Notes: generated by a model from the sequence alone, not told the origin. A DNA stretch of 42,020 nucleotides from a virus (IMGVR_UViG_3300036852_000372:1-42020); one strand, 5' to 3'; shown: positions 14,508 through 21,459, counted from the first letter of the stretch. Made by a program: numbers and translations.

Positions 14508-16466
14508 ATGGAAGTCGTCTCCTTCCGTCCGTTTCGTATTCCCAAGCCTGCTGAAACTCAATTCTTTTCCCCTGATGACTCCGCCAATCTCCGATTTATG
14601 GAGGAAGATTTAGCTAGAAGCGGTCTTCTTCCTGATGACATGATGGCGTATACGACTCCTTTCATCAAGAAAGATGGGGCGACAGCAGCTTATTCAATCC
14701 CTTACTTCGGCTTAGACGGAAAGCCATTGACAGATGATAAGGGATTCCCAGTAATGTATCGCACGCGATTCAAACTCCCTGAGTTTAGCCGCGAACAGCG
14801 ATATACCCAACCAAGTAAAGAAGCCTTACTGAAGTTTGATCTTCCCTCTACGGTTCCGTACATCCATCCGAAGACTTTGGAGCTGAAACATGACTACATC
14901 ATCTGTTGTGAGGGAGAAAAGAAGACAGCAGCAGTTATCAAACACCTCGGAATTCCCGCTTTTGGGATCGGTGGATGTCAAATGTGGCGTGACCCATCTG
15001 GTAGTGGAGGTCCGCATCCCTGGATACGAAAGCTACTCTCCGGAAATAAGAAGCTTGTTATCATCCCAGATGGAGATGTTCTTAGGTACGATATCTGCAA
15101 CGCTTATGGAACTTTTGCCGCAACCCTTCGCTCTGAAGGCTATGATGTTGAACTCCTCAATCCCCCAGGAAAAATTGACGACCTCCTTGCGCTTTGGGAA
15201 GACAAGATTGGGAGTTTCAATGCTCTGCCTCGGCTTGATCCAACGGCCCTCGTTCAAAGCTCTGTATCACTTGCCAAACGGTACAATCTTGCTTTCAAGC
15301 AGAATGACAAAGGGGTCATCACAGTCCATCAGCACACGTCCAACGTAATGAAGCTGATGGAGGAACACCCAGCATTCCCGAAAGTATGGCGTAATACAGA
15401 CAATAACCGTGTGATGCTTGGCGACAATTACGCGCAGCCCGATTTGACTGAGATGGATATCGCCAATTATTTCCAGCACAATCTTGGATTTGACAAGGTT
15501 GGCTCAAAGATGATCTATTCATGCGTTCAAGCTCTGGCACGGCGAAATTCGCGGTCGCCGATGCTTGAATATGTGAAAAGTCTGGAATGGGATAAGACCC
15601 CTCGTCTTGAAGATTGGATGATTCGTCTATGGGGAGCAGAAGATGACAATTTTACACGGGAGGTTTCAGCCAAATGGCTCACATCTGCATGTGCCCGAAT
15701 GGATCGCCCAGGAACTAAGATTGACTGGATGCTCATTGTCGTTGGACCTCAAGGAACTGGAAAAACTTCTATGCCAGGAATTCTGTTTCGAGGTAACAAC
15801 GTCACACTCTATGGAGACCATAACGACAAAGATCTCCACATGCTACTTCATTCAGCCCTGTGCGTTGGATTTGATGAGCTGGATTCCTTCGGTAAAAGGG
15901 AGAGCTCTAATCTTAAAGCAATGGTCACAAGAAACGAGGACGCGTTTAGGCCTCCATACGGAGCATCAGTGGAGATCTTTCCACGTCGGTTTACACTCTA
16001 TGGCTGTGGCAATCGCTATGAGTTTCTACAACACGACCCGAGCGGATATCGTCGATATGCTATATTGGAAATTGATAAACTCTTGGACTTCAAAGGGCTT
16101 GAGGCTGAGCGTGACCAACTGTGGGCCGAAGCATGGCAACGCTATTCATCTGGTGATCGATTCTGGGAAATAGAGGGCGCGAGTAAACATGCGGAAGAAT
16201 ACGTAGCTCCGAACCCAATGGAAGATCAGATAATCAACATAATTGAGGGTTGGAAAAAGGGGAAGGCGAATACTAATGTAAAAGACGGAGTGGTGTACTT
16301 CACCATGACTGGTCTACTGTGTGCGCTCAATATGGAGCGTGAATCACGGAATACACATGTCACAAGAGAAATTTCAGCAATCCTAAGGGCACTAGGGGCA
16401 GAAAGAAATAACGGTTCTTGCCCTACTGGGATGATTCGCGGACGCTATTACAGCCTGCCTATATAG
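14508..16466 (+). CDS. Primase-helicase: TOPRIM domain plus VirE/D5-like P-loop NTPase plus C-terminal wHTH-like tail
   Basis: TOPRIM is IICCEGEKKTAAV...LVIIPDGDV. Walker A is VVGPQGTGKTS and Walker B is VGFDELD. The VirE-like stretch is RPPYGASVEIFPRRFTLYGCGN...GYRRYAIL. Confidence 0.85.
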   Translation: MEVVSFRPFRIPKPAETQFFSPDDSANLRFMEEDLARSGLLPDDMMAYTTPFIKKDGATAAYSIPYFGLDGKPLTDDKGFPVMYRTRFKLPEFSREQRYTQPSKEALLKFDLPSTVPYIHPKTLELKHDYIICCEGEKKTAAVIKHLGIPAFGIGGCQMWRDPSGSGGPHPWIRKLLSGNKKLVIIPDGDVLRYDICNAYGTFAATLRSEGYDVELLNPPGKIDDLLALWEDKIGSFNALPRLDPTALVQSSVSLAKRYNLAFKQNDKGVITVHQHTSNVMKLMEEHPAFPKVWRNTDNNRVMLGDNYAQPDLTEMDIANYFQHNLGFDKVGSKMIYSCVQALARRNSRSPMLEYVKSLEWDKTPRLEDWMIRLWGAEDDNFTREVSAKWLTSACARMDRPGTKIDWMLIVVGPQGTGKTSMPGILFRGNNVTLYGDHNDKDLHMLLHSALCVGFDELDSFGKRESSNLKAMVTRNEDAFRPPYGASVEIFPRRFTLYGCGNRYEFLQHDPSGYRRYAILEIDKLLDFKGLEAERDQLWAEAWQRYSSGDRFWEIEGASKHAEEYVAPNPMEDQIINIIEGWKKGKANTNVKDGVVYFTMTGLLCALNMERESRNTHVTREISAILRALGAERNNGSCPTGMIRGRYYSLPI

Positions 16467-16490
16467 TGGTGTGAAGCATGCATACCAGCC

Positions 16491-16519
16491 TTGCACCCGA
16501 GTGCAGGCTATGCCATACT
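16491..16519 (+). promoter_or_regulatory. Sigma70-like promoter candidate TTGCAC-N17-CATACT
   Basis: It lies in the 80-nt gap after the primase gene. It shares the ATGCCATACT -10 region with the candidate at 17837..17865. Confidence 0.35.
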
Positions 16520-16545
16520 AGGCTTACTAGGCTAATGGAGGTTGT

Positions 16546-16779
16546 ATGCGCTGGCAGAAAGGTGAAAAGATCAGGGTGCGGGCTAGCAAGAGTCTGGGCA
16601 CGGCGCCCACTCTGGCTACGATCAAAAAGATAATCGCACCCATTGGCGACAAAGACTATCCACAGGGCCTTGCTCTGGTACTAACGCATGATGATCGTCA
16701 GGTTGGTGCCGAGGTTGATTGTCTGGGCTACGTCTACAGTGGCCCTCCGCTCAATGGCAAAATGGTGAAATTCCCCTAA
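16546..16779 (+). CDS. Hypothetical protein (77 aa)
   Basis: RBS GGAGG lies 4 nt upstream of ATG. Confidence 0.65.
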   Translation: MRWQKGEKIRVRASKSLGTAPTLATIKKIIAPIGDKDYPQGLALVLTHDDRQVGAEVDCLGYVYSGPPLNGKMVKFP

Positions 16780-16791
16780 ACTGGAGGTCTT

Positions 16792-17061
16792 ATGTGTACG
16801 ATCCTGTTCTGTCTGGCCAACCTTTACATCAATGTGGAGCTGAGCCAGCCAATTTCAAGCAACCAGCGTGAAGAAGGCTACTGGTGTGTGAACCACTGGT
16901 GCCGAGGCCCACAGGCCATTGTGAAGGTGGGCATGCCGATCCCAGTGGGCGACAAGATGTTGATTTACTATGGGTTCAAGCACACCAGCTTCCCCATGGA
17001 ATCAATGGACAAGGGGCAGGATATGCCCTTCGTGTCCTTTACATGGGTGCCATTCCGATGA
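16792..17061 (+). CDS. Hypothetical Cys-containing protein (89 aa)
   Basis: RBS GGAGG upstream of ATG 16792. Confidence 0.6.
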   Translation: MCTILFCLANLYINVELSQPISSNQREEGYWCVNHWCRGPQAIVKVGMPIPVGDKMLIYYGFKHTSFPMESMDKGQDMPFVSFTWVPFR

Positions 17062-17258
17062 ACAAGAAAGAGGCACGCGCGATTCTTGCTTGTAGCCGGA
17101 AGGTAATTGCTGCGGTTGAGTCCTGCATGAAACAGCTGGGGCCCGAACTGCAATCCCACGCGAAGGGTTACTGGGCTGGACAACTGGACCAGATTGCCTA
17201 CGGGTCCATCTACGGCGGCATGCCGATTCAACAGTCTATGGAGGTGTTAGATGAGTAA
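17058..17258 (+). CDS. Hypothetical protein (66 aa)
   Basis: ATGA coupling at 17058..17061 (MNKKEARAILA...). This is ORF-track 16884..17258 trimmed. Confidence 0.6.
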   Translation: MNKKEARAILACSRKVIAAVESCMKQLGPELQSHAKGYWAGQLDQIAYGSIYGGMPIQQSMEVLDE

Positions 17259-17523
17259 CGAAGTGGCAGCAGCTCTGGTAGTGCTTGAGGTCTTTCGCAC
17301 CAAAGGCACTGAATCGAAAATCACACTGACGGAGGATGAGCTTCATGCGGCGATTATGGAAGCGATTGATCTCGCAATTGACGGAGGCGCCCATTACGCC
17401 CCCGAGATTCAAAGAGCACGACCGCGTGTTCCTGATCGGACCCGAGTGGGACCCCGACGCGGGATGGGAACAGCCGATAGCGACGGTAGTAGCTCCTGGA
17501 CGCTACACGCTGGTCCGGCTTGA
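17251..17523 (+). CDS. Hypothetical protein; the C-terminal about 35 aa look off-frame
   Basis: RBS GGAGG precedes ATG 17251. A plausible acidic helical N-half is followed by RARPRVPDRTRVGPRRGMG.... Confidence 0.5.
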   Translation: MSNEVAAALVVLEVFRTKGTESKITLTEDELHAAIMEAIDLAIDGGAHYAPEIQRARPRVPDRTRVGPRRGMGTADSDGSSSWTLHAGPA

Positions 17524-17644
17524 TCCTGAGTACCGTGAGTTTCAAGATGAGTGCCTGATGGAGGTGCCAGAAGAGCATCTCCATCTGGTGCAAGGCGACT
17601 ATTCAGTCCCGGAAGGGGCCATGTTCAGGAGACAAGCGCAATGA
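17345..17644 (+). CDS. Hypothetical protein (99 aa) overlapping the previous gene by 179 nt
   Basis: GGAGG lies 9 nt upstream of ATG 17345. The C-part, HDRVFLIGPEWDPDAGWEQPIATVVAPGRYTLVRL, looks genuinely coding. Confidence 0.55.
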   Translation: MRRLWKRLISQLTEAPITPPRFKEHDRVFLIGPEWDPDAGWEQPIATVVAPGRYTLVRLDPEYREFQDECLMEVPEEHLHLVQGDYSVPEGAMFRRQAQ

Positions 17645-17856
17645 GTACGTTTACGATGGAGGAATTCATTGCTCAGCACAAGCTGGGGGTGGATATTGGA
17701 AATCCACAGGCCACTCGTCTTGTGGCCAAGAAGCTGAAGGAACTCGGCTATCGGCAAGAGCGCAGGGGGAGCCGAGGCACGCGGCAGATCGTATGGACCA
17801 ATGAGCCGAACACCATGGAAGAGTTAAAGTCCAAGCTTGCTTCGCTAAAGCTCTAA
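17641..17856 (+). CDS. Small winged-helix-like DNA-binding protein candidate (71 aa)
   Basis: ATGA coupling. RLVAKKLKELGYRQERRGSRGTRQIVW resembles the C-terminal tail of the primase (ISAILRALGAER...GRYY). Confidence 0.5.
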   Translation: MSTFTMEEFIAQHKLGVDIGNPQATRLVAKKLKELGYRQERRGSRGTRQIVWTNEPNTMEELKSKLASLKL

Positions 17857-17865
17857 TGCCATACT
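17837..17865 (+). promoter_or_regulatory. Sigma70-like promoter candidate TTGCTT-N17-CATACT
   Basis: It overlaps the last codons of 17641..17856. It points into a gene-free stretch that ends at the 17972..18005 terminator. Confidence 0.3.
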
Positions 17866-17971
17866 GGCCGCAGCTTGGCCAGTTCCATGTCAGCCATTGG
17901 CCGAGCGGGCAAAAGATCTATAGGCCTAAGATGACGTGGTATTAACGCGTGAACTTGAACTGTTGATCCGT

Positions 17972-18005
17972 AAGGCCGAAGGCACGCTCCTTCGGCCTTT
18001 CGTTA
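17972..18005 (+). terminator. Rho-independent terminator of the primase operon
   Basis: Perfect 11-bp stem AAGGCCGAAGG/CCTTCGGCCTT with a 6-nt loop, followed by TTCGTT. Confidence 0.7.
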
Positions 18006-18100
18006 TAGGCCCCCAGGTCATCTTGAAGACGATTGGATTATCGATGACGACTCTGAAATGCTGGGCCAAAGATCGTCACGAGTAGATAGGCGACGAGTCG

Positions 18101-18168
18101 GGATTATGTTAAATCCAGATTATGTTAAGTGGCACGAAACTTGCTAGCCCAAAGACACTTATGTTAAA
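18101..18168. repeat. Left cluster of the (G)ATTATGTTAA motif (3 copies)
   Basis: GGATTATGTTAAATCC (18101..18116), GATTATGTTAA (18118..18128) and CTTATGTTAAA (18158..18168). Confidence 0.85.
18130..18145 (+). promoter_or_regulatory. Sigma54-type -24/-12 promoter element 1
   Basis: TGGCACGAAACTTGCT is exactly TGGCAC-N5-TTGC, with the G after GGCAC and the T after TTGC. Confidence 0.6.
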
Positions 18169-18175
18169 CGTCCAT

Positions 18176-18191
18176 TGGCACGGAACTTGCT
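18176..18191 (+). promoter_or_regulatory. Sigma54-type -24/-12 promoter element 2
   Basis: (T)TGGCACGGAACTTGCT matches the extended consensus YTGGCACGR-N3-TTGCW at every specified position. It is part of a 26-bp imperfect direct repeat with element 1. Confidence 0.6.
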
Positions 18192-18193
18192 AG

Positions 18194-18209
18194 GCAAAAG
18201 ACGTGCCAG
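18194..18209 (-). promoter_or_regulatory. Sigma54-type -24/-12 element 3 on the opposite strand
   Basis: The minus strand reads CTGGCACGTCTTTTGC. Together with element 2 it forms a 33-bp imperfect palindrome. Confidence 0.4.
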
Positions 18210-18335
18210 CTGGGCTGTCATAATACAAAACTATTTTAGGCTGCTTAAGGGTTACCCCTATGGTAAGGCTGGCGCACTGGGCGCATAGTAGCAGCGTACC
18301 AATACGGTACTTTTCGTTAAGGCAAGGGTATACAC

Positions 18336-18689
18336 ATGGCAAAGGCAAACAAGGGTGGCAACGCCACCAAAGGCACCGGCGCACAGGCCCCGGCGGCTAC
18401 CACGGTGCAGGCTGCAACGGTGGTGCAGGCTGGCAAACCCGCGCAGCCGGGCGTGCTGCAGGTAAAGCCGGGCGTGGCGCTGCGTGGCGCGCGGGCCAGC
18501 TGGTACGCAGTGTTACTGCAGTACAACGGCAAGCCGGTTGCGGAATTTTTGGCGGCCACGGCGGCAAACCCCCCCAGCCTGCCCAAAAGCGGTGTTGCCG
18601 AAAAGCCCACGGGCTGGCTGGGCTGGTTTACCCGCACGGGCGTGGCGCAGGTGGTGCAGCCCGGTACCGAATCGGTGCAGGGTAGCTAA
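18336..18689 (+). CDS. GC-rich gene for an Ala/Gly/Lys-rich protein (117 aa), paralogue of 7263..7655
   Basis: Third codon positions are almost all G/C (gcg, ccg, ctg, cag, ggc), unlike the rest of the genome. It shares the C-terminal RGAR..WY..GK.V.E...P.GWL..F...G.V motif. It has its own terminator. Confidence 0.75.
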   Translation: MAKANKGGNATKGTGAQAPAATTVQAATVVQAGKPAQPGVLQVKPGVALRGARASWYAVLLQYNGKPVAEFLAATAANPPSLPKSGVAEKPTGWLGWFTRTGVAQVVQPGTESVQGS

Positions 18690-18711
18690 GAACCCGTAAG
18701 GGTTCCACCTA

Positions 18712-18742
18712 GGGGCGCAGCCTAAGGGTTGCGCCCCTTTTT
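18712..18742 (+). terminator. Rho-independent terminator of the GC-rich gene
   Basis: GGGGCGCA/TGCGCCCC stem followed by TTTTT. It is preceded by a smaller hairpin, GAACCC-GTAA-GGGTTC (18690..18705). Confidence 0.8.
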
Positions 18743-18751
18743 AGTGCGTAT

Positions 18752-18941
18752 GGATTTAACATAATACTTCTGCAACAGTAGCGCAACAGTCTGCAACATA
18801 ATACTGTTGCGGGGATTATGTTAAAAAACATTATGTTACATTTCGCAACACTTGCAACACTTAACATAACGTACGTGTATTATGTTATAGATAATTTGTA
18901 GGTGTGCAAAAGTTACTGTTGCGAGTGTTTTGTAGTGTTGC
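18752..18941. repeat. AT-rich array of short direct and inverted repeats (iteron/operator-like)
   Basis: ATTATGTTA/TAACATAAT copies lie at 18756, 18795, 18814, 18830, 18861 and 18880. GCAACAGT/ACTGTTGC copies lie at 18772, 18783, 18803 and 18915. GCAACACTT occurs in tandem x2 at 18845..18862, with inverted AGTGTTGC at 18934. Confidence 0.85.
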
Positions 18942-19023
18942 AGACTAACCCAACGCACCCATTTACGCCCGATCTCGCGGACAATCAGCCTACTTCCGAC
19001 TCATCCCTCCGGGAATAGGGAGG

Positions 19024-19206
19024 ATGAAAGACGACGGCGAGACGGAGATCCTCGTCCGGATGAGGAGGATCAGGGTCATAATGCAACGACTCGGGAAAAA
19101 GACCTCCCCCGGAGTGTCTTACAACAAAATGAAAGAGAAAGAGAACCTCCTGGTGGAGACATACGATATCAAGTGTCATGATTTGATTTTCGACGAGAGA
19201 GTTTGA
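19024..19206 (+). CDS. Doubtful small ORF (60 aa, Lys/Glu/Arg-rich)
   Basis: The codons look coding-like. However, GGGAGG abuts the ATG with no spacer and is sequestered in the hairpin CATCCCTCC/GGAGGGATG (19003..19027). It also competes with the minus-strand ORF 18985..19224. Confidence 0.25.
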   Translation: MKDDGETEILVRMRRIRVIMQRLGKKTSPGVSYNKMKEKENLLVETYDIKCHDLIFDERV

Positions 19207-19381
19207 TGTAGAGACTCGTGCCATCAGTACTGATCATAACCTTTGTGATTCGTCGACCAACTTGGTCACCGCGAATAATAGGCCAGTAGGGCTCCGCCAG
19301 ACGAATGAATCCCTGTTCCTCCATTTTCCTCTTTTGTCTTCGATAAGCAAGGGCTTTCTTCGTGTATTCAGTAACGATCAT
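19169..19381 (-). CDS. Hypothetical protein (70 aa)
   Basis: ATGA coupling at 19378..19381 with GGAGGGGG upstream. The track start at 19441 was trimmed. Confidence 0.55.
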   Translation of the reverse strand: MIVTEYTKKALAYRRQKRKMEEQGFIRLAEPYWPIIRGDQVGRRITKVMISTDGTSLYIKLSRRKSNHDT

Positions 19382-19728
19382 TCCCCCTCCAACCACTTCG
19401 GGAATTTGCCTGTCCGCAGAATCCTTGATACCGATGCCCAACGGGTCGTACTGTCGAAGAGATAGTTGGCTTGTCCATTAGTCAGTTCCAAATACTCTTT
19501 ACCATATTCGTAGGCACTCTTTGTTGAAAATGGTCCGCTCAATTTGTCTGGAGAGACCCCACTTCTCTTTCTGATCCCCAGCACTCGAAGCTCACAGAAT
19601 CCAGCGACACAGTGGACGCTGAGGCACTCCCCTACTTCAGGATTACGCCCATGGTACGACCCTTGGTCATAGTTCTTCCAGTGTTTCTTGATGTCGCGGT
19701 AAACCGCCATTGCTCGTCGTTTATTCAT
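19378..19728 (-). CDS. Hypothetical protein (116 aa)
   Basis: RBS GGAG lies 5 nt upstream. ATGA coupling with the upstream gene. Confidence 0.65.
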   Translation of the reverse strand: MNKRRAMAVYRDIKKHWKNYDQGSYHGRNPEVGECLSVHCVAGFCELRVLGIRKRSGVSPDKLSGPFSTKSAYEYGKEYLELTNGQANYLFDSTTRWASVSRILRTGKFPKWLEGE

Positions 19729-19922
19729 TGTAACTCCAACCTTGATAACCAGATGAGATGAAAAGCGATGGACAAGACCGTTATGATCTTGAGCACCATG
19801 GAAATTCCGGGGGGCTTATGACCAGCTGCACGAACCTTCGCGTCTGCCCGTAGGAGTCTATAGAGGTTGTACACCCACAGGCTTAGAGCCAGGACTAGAA
19901 ACATCTGTGCTGCGTTCATCAT
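19725..19922 (-). CDS. Small membrane protein (two hydrophobic helices)
   Basis: MMNAAQMFLVLALSLWVYNLY and ISMVLKIITVLSIAFHLIW. The start is uncertain (19922, 19919 or 19988). Confidence 0.55.
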   Translation of the reverse strand: MMNAAQMFLVLALSLWVYNLYRLLRADAKVRAAGHKPPGISMVLKIITVLSIAFHLIWLSRLELQ

Positions 19923-20178
19923 CGGGCCACCCCACGTCTTTAGAGACTTCGACGGCCGCTTTCGGCCACCGCTTAGTGAATTGGTCAATTCCTATCAAAG
20001 CGAACCGAAGGAATTCGTGATTCATCTTGTCGGCATGGAACCGAGTCAGCCACAGACGAATCGCTTGCTGAGGAATCTTCTCAGCTAGTTCGTGGTCTTC
20101 TTCAGACAGTTCAACATCTGCCTTTGCTCGTTGAACGAAGTCCAATATAAGTCGCGATCCGGCAGGGGGTCGTTCCAT
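19858..20178 (-). CDS. Hypothetical protein (106 aa)
   Basis: GGAG lies 8 nt upstream of ATG 20178. Confidence 0.6.
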   Translation of the reverse strand: MERPPAGSRLILDFVQRAKADVELSEEDHELAEKIPQQAIRLWLTRFHADKMNHEFLRFALIGIDQFTKRWPKAAVEVSKDVGWPDDERSTDVSSPGSKPVGVQPL

Positions 20179-20285
20179 TTTCTCACTCCTGAATAATCAT
20201 CAGATACGTCCAACACGAACACGCGCCCGAACTTACTGGCGTCCGCCCGTGTAGGGGGTGTTTCGTTCCACCGCTTCCATTTCAT
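20085..20285 (-). CDS. Hypothetical protein (66 aa)
   Basis: ATGA coupling at 20282..20285 and GAGGG upstream. It overlaps the next gene by 94 nt. Confidence 0.5.
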   Translation of the reverse strand: MKWKRWNETPPTRADASKFGRVFVLDVSDDYSGVRKWNDPLPDRDLYWTSFNEQRQMLNCLKKTTN

Positions 20286-20443
20286 CCGCGTACCCTCGCA
20301 TTGAGTTTAGCCAGGATGGTCTCTAAGTCTTTTTCGGCGCACTTCGCATGAGTCATTATCTCAAGATCAGTGTCCTTTTTGAGCTCGCGCATAAGCTCCA
20401 TGACCTGCCAGATTTTGCGCCTGTCGTCAGCGTTCAAGGTCAT
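20282..20443 (-). CDS. Hypothetical protein (53 aa)
   Basis: ATG 20443 (MTLNADDRRKIWQVMELMRELKK...) with GGAG 7 nt upstream. The track N-terminal extension looks non-coding. Confidence 0.55.
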   Translation of the reverse strand: MTLNADDRRKIWQVMELMRELKKDTDLEIMTHAKCAEKDLETILAKLNARVRG

Positions 20444-20621
20444 TGAGCCGCTCCAGCGATTCCAAGATGGCGTCCGCATATTCCAACTCACCTTCAGGCC
20501 AGACTTCAGGCTGGGTTCGGACCAGATCGCGGAAAGTCCGCTGAAACACGATCTGTTCTTCAAGCGTCGGCCGCGCCATCGCCCGCACTAAGAATTCAGG
20601 TTGTGTGTCGTCGCGGTTCAC
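20427..20621 (-). CDS. Hypothetical protein (64 aa)
   Basis: GTG start overlaps the upstream TGA (GTGA). Confidence 0.5.
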   Translation of the reverse strand: MNRDDTQPEFLVRAMARPTLEEQIVFQRTFRDLVRTQPEVWPEGELEYADAILESLERLNDLER

Positions 20622-20917
20622 TCTCCCACCGCCTTCCGGAGCATACGCAGAACTTCGTCGTCCGTGTGGTCGTCGTTGTATTCTCCCAGATCGTAAATGC
20701 CCAGAAACTCACCCACACGTTTCACGGTCTCGTGTGCCTGACGACTCATGTTATGCATCGTCACAAGGTGGCCCACCGAGTGAGCAATAGCTCCCGGCAG
20801 GTTGCGGGAAGTCTCACCAATAGTCTGAAGGCGGCCCTTCTGCCGACCGTTGGTTTCCAGGTCCTTAATGGTGGCTCGGATGATATCCACCACTGGTGCG
20901 TCCTTAGGAAGGCTCAT
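20618..20917 (-). CDS. Hypothetical protein (99 aa)
   Basis: ORF in the operon. It contains LPGAIAHSVGH and ...GEYNDDHTDDEVLRMLRKA. No firm family assignment. Confidence 0.6.
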   Translation of the reverse strand: MSLPKDAPVVDIIRATIKDLETNGRQKGRLQTIGETSRNLPGAIAHSVGHLVTMHNMSRQAHETVKRVGEFLGIYDLGEYNDDHTDDEVLRMLRKAVGE

Positions 20918-21089
20918 ACGTCTGCGCCTTCAACTTCAGCGCTTCGGCCACCAGCTGCCGAATCGCCACGGCCTTGGGAATATTGCCTCGCCATTTGTTC
21001 ACCTCATTGTCCAATTTTTCATCGGCGGTGAGCTTCCACTCAACCTTGGATACACCGTCCTTTCGGTACGGACCAATATCTCTTGCCAT
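20904..21089 (-). CDS. Hypothetical small protein (61 aa), possibly ribbon-helix-helix-like
   Basis: RBS GGGAGG. The C-terminal IPKAVAIRQLVAEALKL is helix-like. The call is weak. Confidence 0.5.
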   Translation of the reverse strand: MARDIGPYRKDGVSKVEWKLTADEKLDNEVNKWRGNIPKAVAIRQLVAEALKLKAQTYEPS

Positions 21090-21099
21090 AACCAGCCTC

Positions 21100-21127
21100 C
21101 CAGAAAGAAGGGCCCCTTGCGGGGCCC
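21100..21127 (-). terminator. Rho-independent terminator inside the small-gene block (leftward)
   Basis: The minus strand reads GGGCCCC-GCAA-GGGGCCC followed by the T-rich CTTCTTTCT. Confidence 0.6.
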
Positions 21128-21132
21128 GGAAT

Positions 21133-21459
21133 TTACGCTGCTTCGAGATACCGCAGAGCTTCCGCCCCGGTTACCCCACTTCCCTTTTCGTGTGAGGATT
21201 CATCAAACCGCGCAACGAATCGCGTAAGCCACGACGGAGCCCTGTGGTCTTGGGCAACAATAAGAGTTTGCAACCCTTCGTGTACGACTTGATGTGTGCG
21301 GAACAATGAGGTTCCCACAGCGGGGTGAACATACCCCTTGTCCGTGAGAAATCTCGCATACGCGCAGCCGTGGGGATCATTTCTGTTCCCCACATGTTCA
21401 AACGCACGGCTGACCAGCCATGCCTTGAATGCTTCTCTCCCAATATCAGTGATCTGCAT
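21133..21459 (-). CDS. Hypothetical protein (108 aa)
   Basis: Strong RBS TAGGAGG upstream of ATG 21459. Confidence 0.65.
   Translation of the reverse strand: MQITDIGREAFKAWLVSRAFEHVGNRNDPHGCAYARFLTDKGYVHPAVGTSLFRTHQVVHEGLQTLIVAQDHRAPSWLTRFVARFDESSHEKGSGVTGAEALRYLEAA

Noticed and set aside
18260-18699. Three further overlapping ORFs (18260..18685 +, 18484..18699 +, 18317..18637 -) in the GC-rich cassette
   Set aside because: All frames stay open because of the high GC content. Only 18336..18689 shows the conserved motif shared with 7263..7655 and ends right before the terminator.
18985-19224. 79-aa minus-strand ORF at the end of the small-gene block
   Set aside because: It has no RBS, its sequence is Pro/His-rich and looks off-frame, and it overlaps the equally doubtful plus-strand ORF 19024..19206.
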